64,000 bases of DNA, from NCBI RefSeq assembly GCF_006345805.1, contig NC_043010.1, positions 6,138,001 through 6,202,000 of the forward strand. The letters run 5' to 3'. This DNA comes from Octopus sinensis. Lineage: Eukaryota. Under the pieces are notes generated by a model. It did not search any database. It worked only from the letters and a program-made list of their open reading frames with translations, and had not been told where the DNA came from. The position numbers and the translations under genes were made by a program. This document shows, piece by piece, positions 49,882 through 62,424 of this stretch (position 1 is the first letter of the stretch; every line of letters begins with the position of its first letter).

Positions 49882-50144
49882 TTACATCTTTGGTATTGCT
49901 GGCAGTGGTTTTGAATAGCAATTGAAACTGTTTTTCTTTGGTAAATTCCAAGGTTTTGATGCCAATGTAGGATCTGTTGGGTTAGCTCTGTTTGATTTCA
50001 GATCAATGATATCGGTAGGAAGCGGGTTTTTAGGTTTGTTCAGTGACTGATTGCATTCTGGTGAGGAAGTGTCATAGTCACTCTTCTTGTTGAAAGACTG
50101 TTGGGGATATTCAGGCAATTCCGGTTCTATCTCGTCCATTCTGG
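49882..50144 (-). CDS. Pcdh: Terminal coding exon of the preceding protocadherin (rest of the gene upstream or outside the window)
   Basis: Pyrimidine tract and AG at 50146-50145; phase-1 entry; 263 nt. Reads RMDEIEPELPEYPQQ...DIIDLKSNRANPTDPTLASKPWNLPKKNSFNCYSKPLPAIPKM*. 33 of the last 43 aa are identical to the 16724-16974 exon. Confidence 0.85.
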
Positions 50145-50227
50145 CTGATGACAAAAAGAAAACAAAACACCAATAAGAAATATAAAAAGAAAACGGGAAA
50201 AAAAAATTAAATAAAAAATAATAAATA

Positions 50228-50378
50228 ATAGGTGCAGGAGTGGCTGTGTGGTAAGAAGCTTGCTTCCCAACCACATGGTTCTGAGTTCAGTCCCATGGCA
50301 AGTGTCTTCTACTACAGCCTTGGGCCAACCAAAGCCTTGTGAGTGGATGTGGTAGATGGAAACTGAAAGAAGCCTGTC

Positions 50379-50431
<53 letters not shown>

Positions 50432-50940
50432 TTTTATATTAGAGATAAACCACTATTAGGCAAATCAAACAGTGAAAATCATAAACCAATACATAGAAAT
50501 AAAATTAATTAATAAAAAATATATATTTTATATATATTTCTATGTATTGGTTTATGATTTTCACTGTTTGATTTGCCTAATAGTGGTTTTATCTCTAATT
50601 TAATATAAAATATATATATATTTATACTATAAAATTAGATTTAATCCTAAATCTAATTTTTCCCTGTAAGTTTGGATTTACTCCCTAATATTATTATTAT
50701 TATTATTATTATTATATGTATATGTATGTATTTGTTATTTGTGTCTGTGTTTGTCCCCCCACCATCGCCTGACAACCGATGTTGAGGCGTTTAGATTCCC
50801 TCTTCACTTAGTGGTTCGGCAGAAAGAGACTGATAGAATAAGTACTAGGCTTACAAAGAATAAGTCCTGGGGTCAATTTGTTTGACAAAAGGCTGTGCTC
50901 CAGCATGGCTACAGTCAAATGACTGAAGCAAGTAAAAGAA
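50228..50940 (+). mobile_element. SINE family A interrupted by a fold-back element (50428-50615)
   Basis: SINE head at 50228 and tail at about 50940; the 74-81-bp inverted arms sit in its central TA tract. Confidence 0.8.
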
Positions 50941-51005
50941 CAGAATAATAAAAATGTGTGTATGTGTATGTGTGCTTGTGTGTGTGTGTGTGTGCATGCG
51001 TGTGC

Positions 51006-51041
<36 letters not shown>

Positions 51042-51149
51042 GTGAAGGTGTGCCAGGTGTCAAATGACCATGAGAGGTCAGGTAGCAATGCTATGCAGTA
51101 TGTCAAACTTTTCCAGTATGGGAAAATGGACATAGGACGATAATGATAA

Positions 51150-51770
<621 letters not shown>

Positions 51771-52477
51771 AATTAAATAAAACAAATCAACATCAAACTG
51801 CAGATGAACACAAGAACAATTCTCTGAAAAAAAAAAAAACCCAAAACGTTCTAAAACAATTTAAGAAAAAAGACAAGTTTTTAACACTTGGAGTAGTTTT
51901 TAGGAATATTACATGCGACCCTGAAGTATAGATTCATCCTGAAAATGTAAAACAAATGACCTGACAAAGCTACTTGAAAGTCAATCCTCGCCCATCACAT
52001 TGGAATCAAAATTAATGTGATCAAATGAGATGTATATAAATATATAAATAAATAAATAAATGTTACCGTCAAATTGCAATCTTTAATTTGCAATAGATAA
52101 ATGAATAAATACAACCAGATAAAAAAAAAAATAACTATAATGGTCTTTCTCTTTTATGAGAGGAATATATATCAGATAATTCCGCTCACTGAATTGTTTC
52201 GGTATCAAAGTGGATCACGTAACAATGACTTGAAGACAATGTCTCATTCGTACGCAATAACACGAGGATTTTTCTCTCGTAACAATCGGAACAAATAAAT
52301 TGGGTGTCCCGAAATATTTCCTCGATATACACCAAGTGGAAGCAGTAAGGAGAAGCGATTTATTTGCATAAATATAACAGGAAAGAATAATATAAGTGAT
52401 TTGTGTATAACTTAAATGCAAATTTAGGAACAGGATTTGTGCAGATTACTTAAACAACAAATAAGACCTCTCTTAGT

Positions 52478-52524
<47 letters not shown>

Positions 52525-52619
52525 TGTGTATTTGTAAATATATATATATATATATATACAGACAGACAAAGACAGATAGACTGAGGGATAAATGTATGTA
52601 TACACACACACAAACACAC

Positions 52620-52661
<42 letters not shown>

Positions 52662-53556
52662 CATGGTAATATATATATATTTATATATAGATATATATAT
52701 GCATATATACATATATATATATATATATATACACATGCATATATGGTACAGGACGTCATACAACATAAACAACATGAAATACGAAAACATGGAATATGAG
52801 CATTTTTGCGAACAACATAAAGGAACCAATGGAAAACAAGACAAGCAACATAAAGAACGACCCTTCATCAGTTGTCGACTGTTTTTCTACTCTATATTTC
52901 GAGCAATTCATGACAAGATATGTCTTTGACAAAACAATTGTTCCCGCTATGCAAATTAAATAAAATTTGGGATTTTGCAGAGGGTCAAAGTTGGTAACAA
53001 AAACAGGACAGTAAAACAAACAGAAAGTGAGGTGGTGTACGCTGGAGGAACAAGCTTTGACAGGAGACAGACAAGAATGCATCTGATCTCTGCCGCTGAT
53101 CGGAAGGAAAGGAAAGAAAGTAAAGATAGGAAAAGAAAGATGGCCAATGGTCATGTGTGAGCAATGAGAGAGCAAAGGAGGAAGAGTGAGGGAGAGAGAA
53201 GGACAGACAGAGAATGGTATAGGGGAGAGGAAAAGAATTAGAGAAAGGAAGAGAGAGGAAACGTAAGGGAAAGAGAAAAAGAAATAGGAATAAAGATAGT
53301 AACACAATAAGAGTCTCATCAAAATAATTAAGATAAAACACATATATATATACACACATATATGTATTCTTTTATTCTTTTATACTTTTCAGCTCAAAGG
53401 CTGTGGCCATACTAGAGCACCGTGCAAGTCTTCATCTTTCAGTCACTTGAAACGTAAGAATGTAGAGAAAAATTCTAAGCAGTGATAGAATAAATCATTA
53501 ATTTCAATTGCATAAGCTCTATTCCATGTATTGAGAACTTCTGTTCCATATGTAAA

Positions 53557-53592
<36 letters not shown>

Positions 53593-54019
53593 ACACACAT
53601 ATGGAGAGAGAGAGAGAGAGGATGAGAGAAAGAGACAGATGAAAAAGATATATAGTATTAGATATCTTGAATGTAATTTTTCAAAGCTTTCAAGATATTA
53701 ATAAAAGATTCAGGCATTATCATAGCAGAAACAAACAATTATAAACGTATTTGTCAGTGGGGAAATCACAGGCTATTTTGGAGACAAATCATTTTATAAA
53801 TCATATACTGGATTCAATTATCTGACTCAGTAGCTCCAACCATGACATAACATCTCACTGAACATTAACTCTTTGCTTAGTTAAACTCAAATATATGACT
53901 ATGTCCATATCGATAATTAGAAAGGTTTTATGATGAACGTCATACAATTCTGTATTCCAGACACATTTTCGCATTTTAGAAAAAAACTTATGTATGTGTA
54001 CAAAGAAGAACTATGAACC

Positions 54020-54350
54020 TGTTGTGAGACGACTGTTGTTATCGTTAGGCCTAACTCATCATAAGGTCAATACCACCATGACTGATATCCAAACTACAGT
54101 GGAGAAGGCTAGCCACTGGATTTGGTTAAAAAGAGACGATGAGTGATGGCTAGAAGAATATTGAGCTTTATTTGATAACCAGTTGATTTAGGAAGCAGGG
54201 GCTCATATCAGTGAGGGGGGGGCAGTGCACATTGATGCCGTTGAGAGGTAGGCCCCAAAACAGCGCGCATTCTCACCTGATGACCCCATACACTTGCTGA
54301 CTTCCAGTATGTGGAATTTTTGACTGGTAGCACTTGCATGTGCAAGTTGT
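54020..54350 (+). mobile_element. HERO-like (restriction-like endonuclease) non-LTR retrotransposon 3' remnant
   Basis: Reads VVRRLLLSLGLTHHKVNTTMTDIQTTVEKASHWIWLKRDDE*W, resembling the AEKAS.WLWLKR C-terminus of HERO-type ORFs. Family assignment is from memory of the motif. Confidence 0.5.
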
Positions 54351-55092
54351 TTGCAAGACATCAAAGAAGAACTATGAACCTGTTGTGGTTTTTGATAAAC
54401 AAAATTTTTATTCTTTTTGTACACATACATGAAAAAAAAAATGCTGCTATTACTATGAATGACAAAAATATTGAGAGAGTCTGAGTTCGAGTGTTATTGT
54501 TCTCGGTATGATTGTAATATGTTTCTTTACTAGCCACATGGGGCTAAACACAGAGGGGACAAACAAGGATAGACAAAGGGATTAAGTCGATTACATCAAC
54601 CCCAGTGCGTAACTGGTACTTAATTTATCGACCCCAAAAAGATGAAGGGCAGAGTCGACCTCGGCAGAATTTGAACTTGGAACGTATCGACAGACGAAAA
54701 ACGGCTACGCATTTCGCCCGGCGTGCTAACGGTTCTGCCAGCTCGCCGCCTATAATTGTAATAATAGTTAAAAAATTAACTGGTGATCATTTAGTTACTG
54801 ATCATTCATTGGTTGTTGTCAGCATCTATTCACCATCCGTTTGCCATCTCATCTCTGCAGTTTCCCAATGTTCTCTCTGTTGCATTCCAAAGTTCTGCTA
54901 AGTAATCGAGGTGTGCTGAATTCATACTGATGGATGAGCTCAGGAGGAAGCATGCCAAAAATTAAAATTATCACAAGATCCTATTCCACATGAGGTCATG
55001 ATAGATCAGATTTTATTGATCTTTTGGGTGATATTCAAGTAAATTGTGACATCAGATGTATTGATGTAACTGCTGAGCATTCCCACTATGTA

Positions 55093-55660
55093 TTGGGTTG
55101 TCCAGAAAGTTCATGCCGATTTTTAAAGGAAAGAAAAAGGTCAATAAATACTTGCCATTACATTTTTATTCAACCAAATATGAACCATTTTGTTGCACAA
55201 TGCGTCTCCATCTTTCCTTTAACTTGAAAATACCCTCTTCCCAGAATTGAAGTGGTTTAATAGCAAAGAATTCATCAAGGTATCTTTTTACATCATCCAA
55301 GGAATTGAAATTTTTACCATTAAGACTATTCTGCAGAGACCTGAATAAGTGGAAATCTGAAGGAGCAATATCTGGTGAATATGGAGGGTGGGGTAACACA
55401 TCCCAGCCAAGCTGCAGCCAATTTTTGTCTGGTTCTCAAAGCATCAAGTGCCGAAAATGAACTTTCTTATCTTCCATTTTAGAGGGTTACTGAATAAACA
55501 GAGGTTATAGGAACATAAAACTTCTTCCACGAAAAGATAGCTTAAACTGTACTTTAAATGGAGGTGTAGTCAAATCCTATTTTATGGACTCAACCATGTT
55601 CTAAAATAAGTCGAAAGGTAAGCTACTATAAAATTGTCATGAACTTTCCGGACAACCCAC
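55093..55660 (-). mobile_element. Internally deleted mariner transposon (568 bp) with a transposase C-terminal remnant
   Basis: TA-flanked TIRs ttgggttgtccagaaagttcatg / catgaactttccggacaacccac. ORF 55166-55399 has the mariner motif HPPYSPDIAPSDFHLFRSLQN and WEEGIFKLKERW. Confidence 0.92.
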
Positions 55661-55699
55661 TATGAATCTAACCCTTTAACTTCCTGAAGCATTTTGGTC

Positions 55700-56350
55700 A
55701 ATGTTGTAACTGTTGTCATCATCGTTGGCGTCATCACTGTGATTGTCATTGTCAGCATTGTGGCCATTATAATTGTCATAGAGGTTGTCATCAACATCAC
55801 TGCCAGTGGCATCTCCATCCTTGCCACTATCATTTATCGTCTTCATCGTTGTTGTTGTTGTCATCGTCGTCGTCATCGTCATTATCATTATCATCATCAT
55901 CATTGTCATCGTTATCATTACTGTCATCACTGTCATTGTTGTTGCTGCTACTTCTGTCACTGCTGCCACCACCCTCCCCCTCCTCCTCCTCATCATCATC
56001 ATCATCATCTCCAACCCTCCTCTCCTCTTCCTCATCAACACTCCTCCACCTCCCCCACCTCCATCCTCCCCTTCTTCCCTCCTCCGCTCCCATCCTCCTC
56101 TCATCTTCCCTCCTCCTCCTCCTCCTCCTCATCATCATCATCTCCAACCCTCCCCTCCTCTTCCTCATCAACACTCCTCCTCCTCCAATTCCCCTCCATC
56201 CTTCCCTCCTCTGCTCCCCTCCTCCTCTCCCCTCCCCTCCTCCTCCTCTTCCTCCTCCTCATCATCATCGTCATCATCATCGTCATCATCTCCACCGCCA
56301 CTGCTGCTACCACTGCCACCACCTCTACCATGACCACCACGTCCATCTCC
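55700..56350. repeat. CAT/CCT/CGT trinucleotide low-complexity region
   Basis: Stop-poor simple repeats that give several overlapping homopolymeric ORFs. Confidence 0.9.
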
Positions 56351-56839
56351 CTATCCACCACTAGTTTTCAGAATGCCACACACTGACAAAAGCAAGAAGC
56401 AATGGTTATCACCATTCAACTCCACACATGTCCAATGCTCTTCGCTGCTCAACGCCAAAGAAAATTATGAAGAATATTAAACCCTGTTCCTGAAATGTTA
56501 AGAGGTGCAACACAATGTGGTCAGTAGTACTCTAGCCTCTAACCTTGTAACCCTTTCAGCTGGTGTGTGTGTGTGAGTGTGTGTGTGTGTGTGCCCGTGC
56601 ATATATCTACATGTGTGTGTGTGTGTGTGAGTGTGTGTGTGCCCATGCATATATCTACATGTGTGTGTGTGTGTGTGTACTTGTGTGTACAGATGTGTGC
56701 AAGTGTACATAAATATACATAATAAATGGTGGTGCCCCAGCATGGCCACAGCTCAAGAGCTGAAACTGGAAAACATAAACATAAAATACACACACATATT
56801 TCTATACACACATACACACATACATATACATATATATGT

Positions 56840-57720
56840 ATGTCCATACATTTATGAATAAACATATATATATGTATATATCTATGTGCATGTGTGTATG
56901 TGTGTTAGCGTGTGCCTGTGTGTATACATGTGTGTATATGTCCCTACATTTATGAATAAACATATATATATGTATATATCTATGTGCATGTGTGTATGTG
57001 TGTTAGCGTGTGCCTGTGTGTATACATGTGTGTATATGTCCCTACATTTATGAATAAACATATATATATGTATATATCTATGTGCATGTGTGTATGTGTG
57101 TTAGCGTGTGCCTGTGTGTATACATGTGTGTATATGTCCCTACATTTATGAATAAACATATATATATGTATATATCTATGTGCATGTGTGTATGTGTGTT
57201 AGCGTGTGCCTGTGTGTATACATGTGTGTATATGTCCCTACATTTATGAATAAACATATATATATGTATATATCTATGTGCATGTGTGTGTGTTAGCGTG
57301 TGCCTGTGTGTATACATGTGTGTATATGTCCATACATTTATGAATAAACATATGTTTATGTATATATCTATGTGCATGTGTGTGTGTGTGTTAGCGTGTG
57401 CCTGTGTGTATACATGTGTGTATATGTCCCTACATTTATGAATAAACATATATATATGTATATATCTATGTGCATGTGTGTGTGTGTGTTAGCGTGTGCC
57501 TGTGTGTATACATGTGTGTATATGTCCATACATTTATGAATAAACATATGTTTATGTATATATCTATGTGCATGTGTGTGTGTGTGTTAGCGTGTGCCTG
57601 TGTGTATACATGTGTGTATATGTCCATACATTTATGAATAAACATATGTTTATGTATATATCTATGTGCATGTGTGTGTGTGTTAGCGTGTGCCTGTGTG
57701 TATATATGTGTGTATTTACA
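56840..57720. repeat. Minisatellite, unit about 98 bp, about 9 copies
   Basis: Unit atgtccatacatttatgaataaacata...gttagcgtgtgcctgtgtgtatacatgtgtgtat, starting at 56840, 56938, 57036 and onward. Confidence 0.9.
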
Positions 57721-57951
57721 TGCATGTATACACACACATTCGCACGCACTTCTTTCATAGTATAAAAAGGCATTTAAAGTACTTGGTAACTTACATACTT
57801 ATACTGAAAGGATGTAGAGTCAGTCAGCTCCTGTGTTTAACAATTAGTATCACAGTGCCAAACCTGAAAGGTCCTTTTATATTAAAATCAAGTAATTGTT
57901 GGGGTTACTGACTGTTGGGTTAATTGGCAAATGCATGTGAGCTCCAGCCCA

Positions 57952-57988
<37 letters not shown>

Positions 57989-58496
57989 CACGCACACACA
58001 CACATACACACACGCACACACATACACTACACACACACATACATACACACACATACACACACACATACACACACACACATGCACACACATACACACACAC
58101 ATACACATACACACACATACACACATACACACATACACACACACATGCATGATATAGCCGAGCATATGTTAATACATCATGAGGCAGAGAAGCAGACAGT
58201 GAGAGATAGATACATAAATTGCAGTTTTGATCTTTCTCTCTATTTATCAAGATACACACACACGCACACACATACCACACACACACACACATGCACGTAT
58301 ATATATCACCGTGATCACTGTGACCAACCAGGCTATCAGATGTTGCTACACATCGCTGGTCACAATGCGCTTCACATTGTTGTAGCCTTCAAATGACGCC
58401 ACCCCACTGGCTAAGCGAGCAGGCCAACAGAAGAAAGAGTGAGAGAAAGTTGTGGTGAAAGAGTACAGCAGGGATCGCCCCCACCCTCTGCTGGAG

Positions 58497-58539
<43 letters not shown>

Positions 58540-58560
58540 GTATATATATATATGTATATA

Positions 58561-58920
58561 TCTCTTATTATAAAAGGCAGATTTTATCTGCCTCCCTTTG
58601 GGAGTTATACAAATCTACAATATAGGATTTCTTCAATTACAATTTACCTGGCATTTTTAAGAGTACTGCATCGCGTCATGCCAGGTCCAGTTTTTAAATT
58701 TAAACTCCAATAAGCAAAATTTACAGAAAACTCAATTCTGGTGGTGTGTGTCAATGCTTTTCTTATCTGGTTTACAACCACACTGCAACCTCACACACAC
58801 AGTGGGCAACGAATAAAATGAAAACTAATTCACTTACTGTATGAGTGATATTCTTCACTCTGCCATCCCACTTCCTCTTTCCACACATACACACGCAAAT
58901 ATATAAATAAATTGTAAGCT
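58561..58920 (+). mobile_element. Possible 3'-truncated Helitron-like element of a second family
   Basis: The 5' end tctcttattataaaaggcag resembles the TC-(TA)-AAAAG start of the other Helitrons; no 3' hairpin or CTAG seen. Confidence 0.35.
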
Positions 58921-58977
58921 AACGTGCGTGTGTGTGAGTGTGTGTGTGTGTGTGTGCGCGTGTGTGTGTGTGTGACG

Positions 58978-59016
<39 letters not shown>

Positions 59017-59565
59017 CGTGAGTGTGTGACAGGAAAGTTTTTTTAGACGAATATAACACCTATATCCAAGTAGCAGAAAGATAAGACAGTAAGGTGTGAT
59101 TTGAGGGAGATTTGGCTGCTATTTCTACCATGTCTAGCTGCCATGTAGGGGTCTCCCTCATAGGCTCATACATACATATATACATAGATAAGACAGTAAG
59201 GTGTGATTTGGGGGAAATTTTGCTGCTATTTCTACCAGGTCTAGCTACCATGTAGAGGTCCCCCTCAATTCTTTTATTCTTCTGCTTTTTCCAGCCATTG
59301 CTCTGTGGCCATGCTGGGGCAATGCCTTGAAGAATTGTAGTTTATGAATCAACTCCAGTTTTATTTTTGTAAGCATTGTACTTATTCTATCTGTTCCTTT
59401 GTCAAACCACTAGGTGACAGGGATGTAAACAAACCAACATTCGTTGTCAAGCAGTGGTGGAGGACAATCACAAGCACAGACACGCACACCACACACACAT
59501 ACATGCATACACATATACACACATACATACATACATACATATATATATATGTGTGTATATATATA

Positions 59566-59824
59566 TTGCAGTGTGGAAGGTGTTTGTAAGCCATTTAAGA
59601 AACACACAAAAACCGTTACATTCACTTCAACATTTAAATTTAATTTGCCAAAATATTTTCGTCGCTTTGAGACCGCGACCTGTTCACTGACAAAAATATC
59701 GTGCTAACAGGTCGCGGTCTCAAAGCGACGAAAATATTTTGACAAATTTAATTTAAATGTTGAAGTGAATCTAACGGTTTTTGTGTGTTTCTTAAATGGC
59801 TTATAAACACCTTCAACGCTGCAA
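59566..59824. repeat. Fold-back (119-bp arms, 21-nt loop)
   Basis: 59566-59684 is the reverse complement of 59706-59824, with about six mismatches. Confidence 0.9.
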
Positions 59825-59986
59825 CTGTTTTCGTTCCAGCACACGATCTCAGATCAAGTCACTTGCTATGCAAGTACATCTCTGGAACTATATATATATT
59901 TATATATATATATATATGTATATTGGTAAAAAACAGTAAGATAACAAAAGAAAGAAAGAGACCTCAATATATGTAAATAGAGGAAA

Positions 59987-60378
59987 TCTTTATATATAAA
60001 AGTGAGGTTGTGTGTCTGTCTCCTACGATTAGATTCCTAACTACTCCCACATTTTGCGGTGCAGTTTAACCAAACCGGGTATCTTATAGTCGTGATTCAT
60101 ATCGAGACCGTCTGGGTATTAGCGCGGTCTACGATGAGTCTACGATTTAAAAAAAAAATTTACCATCAATTTTTCCCATTGTTAATCCATTTTTGACATA
60201 TATAAGGGAAGTAACTCTCTAAAATTTATTATTAAATCTCAGAAACGTAAAAAGCTACAGTAACACCCCTCCCCCTTTGTGGTTAGCCATATTGAGATGG
60301 CTATTATACTTTACATCTCTAAAATGCTTATATAATATTTCCCTTACAAACCCGAGCAACACCGGGCGATACTGCTAG
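59987..60378 (+). mobile_element. Non-autonomous Helitron-like element (copy 3)
   Basis: A|TC start; hairpin and CTAG|T end. Confidence 0.8.
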
Positions 60379-60394
60379 TATATATATATATACG

Positions 60395-60438
<44 letters not shown>

Positions 60439-60473
60439 ATATATTGTATACATATATATATACATATATACAC

Positions 60474-60565
<92 letters not shown>

Positions 60566-61120
60566 ATGTATAATATATATGTGTAATATATGTATATATA
60601 TATGTATGTATATATATAATTTCAGTGTCCAACTGGAATTTATTTCATCGACTTTGAAAGGACAAAAGGCAAAGTTGACCTTGGCAGAATTTGAACTTGG
60701 AATGTAAAAATGGGCTAAATGCTGTTAGGCATTTTGCTCTTTGTATATGACATTAACTTGCGAGAAATAGCAGCCAAATATCCTTCAAATTACATCCTCC
60801 CATCTTATTCTCTTACACAGTGTATGTATATGTATATATGTGTTTATATATATGTACATGTATACATACATACATATGTGTAACATTGTCTGTTTTTTTC
60901 CATTCTTGTTTTTGTATACATTCACTGCTTTCTTCCAAGGAACCTAATGCGCTTAGCTTAGTTTTTCCTTGGGGCTGGTCAGATTGGAGCAATCTCAAGT
61001 ATAATCAGCTGAAATTGCAAAGACAATCTGGTACTTGACTAAGGAAAGAAAACTTCAAATGACCCGTCCTTGTTTCCTTGTATCGTCTATCTGGATGTTT
61101 TGTGTTCTTGTCCCATTTTG

Positions 61121-61161
<41 letters not shown>

Positions 61162-61639
61162 TAAATAAAAGTATGCCATATTTAGCACTGGTTTGACTAC
61201 ATTTAGAAAAATTAATATGCTTACATCTGAATCAAATGACAAGAAAATCAACAACATTAATACATGCAGATGCAGCAGATGAGTTTACCAATTTATGAGA
61301 TTCACAATTTAAAAGACAAAGGGAGCATATTTCCAAAGAAAATTTTCATTTGTGCATTTGTGATATCATATCTATTTTTGTTTGTATCTATGATTTAAAT
61401 CTCTTTTAGTAATGGAATCCTTAATGAGGCAGTTTTGGGTATAGGACATGCTGAATGAAGGAATAAGGAAGTTTTTTTTAGGTTAGGAAGTTGGTTTTAG
61501 CGAACAGTTGGTTGTTATTCTAATAGAACTTCTTGATTCACACGTGTCTTCAAAGTAAGCAGAAAGCAATAAAGGAGTAAATTTTGAGCCAAATGGTTTC
61601 AGTATAAATACATTTGAATATGAAACATATGTCTATGTT

Positions 61640-61985
61640 TAGACAGTTTGTTGTGTGCGAGTGTGTGTGTGTGTGTGTGCATGTGTGTGCATGCATGTGT
61701 GTGTGTGTATGTGTGTGTATCTGTGTGCGTGTATGGTGTGTGTGTGTGCATGCATGTGTTTGTGTGTGTGTGTTTGTGTTTTTGTGTGCGTGTATGTGTG
61801 TGTGCATGTGTGTGTATCTGTGTGCGTGTATGGTGTGTGTGTGTGCATGCGTGTGTTTGTGTGTGTGTGTTTGTGTTTGTGTGTGCATGCATGTGTGTGT
61901 GCATGTGTGTGTATCTGTGTGCGTATGTGGTGTGTATGTGTGTGTGTGTGTGTGTGTGGATGTGTATGTGTGTGTGTGTGCGTGT
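61640..61985. repeat. Compound (GT)n microsatellite with higher-order repeats
   Basis: gtgtgtatctgtgtgcgt recurs three times inside the GT array. Confidence 0.85.
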
Positions 61986-62153
61986 GCGAGATCTCTTTCT
62001 TAAAAAAACAGATAAGAATGATTGTCAGGAAGAGCATCCAGCTATAAAACAATGCCTGAATAGCTTATTTATCATATCCATTCTCGCATGGAAAAGTAGA
62101 TGTAAAAATGAATGGATGAACAAACAATATATATATACATATTACATACATAT

Positions 62154-62229
<76 letters not shown>

Positions 62230-62267
62230 TATATATATATATAACAATAATAAATCTCTGATCGTTA

Positions 62268-62305
<38 letters not shown>

Positions 62306-62327
62306 CATATCTATATATATATATATG

Positions 62328-62423
<96 letters not shown>

Positions 62424-62424
62424 A

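Noticed and set aside
58476-58492. CTCF-like CCAGCAGAGGGTG on the minus strand
   Set aside because: Inside a SINE D remnant, and the other SINE D copies do not keep the match.
61289-61450. Candidate middle exon for the upstream Pcdh (good acceptor, G|GTAAAC donor, 162 nt, faint similarity to 20648-20807)
   Set aside because: All three frames contain stops, and the length does not give the required phase 0-to-1 junction.
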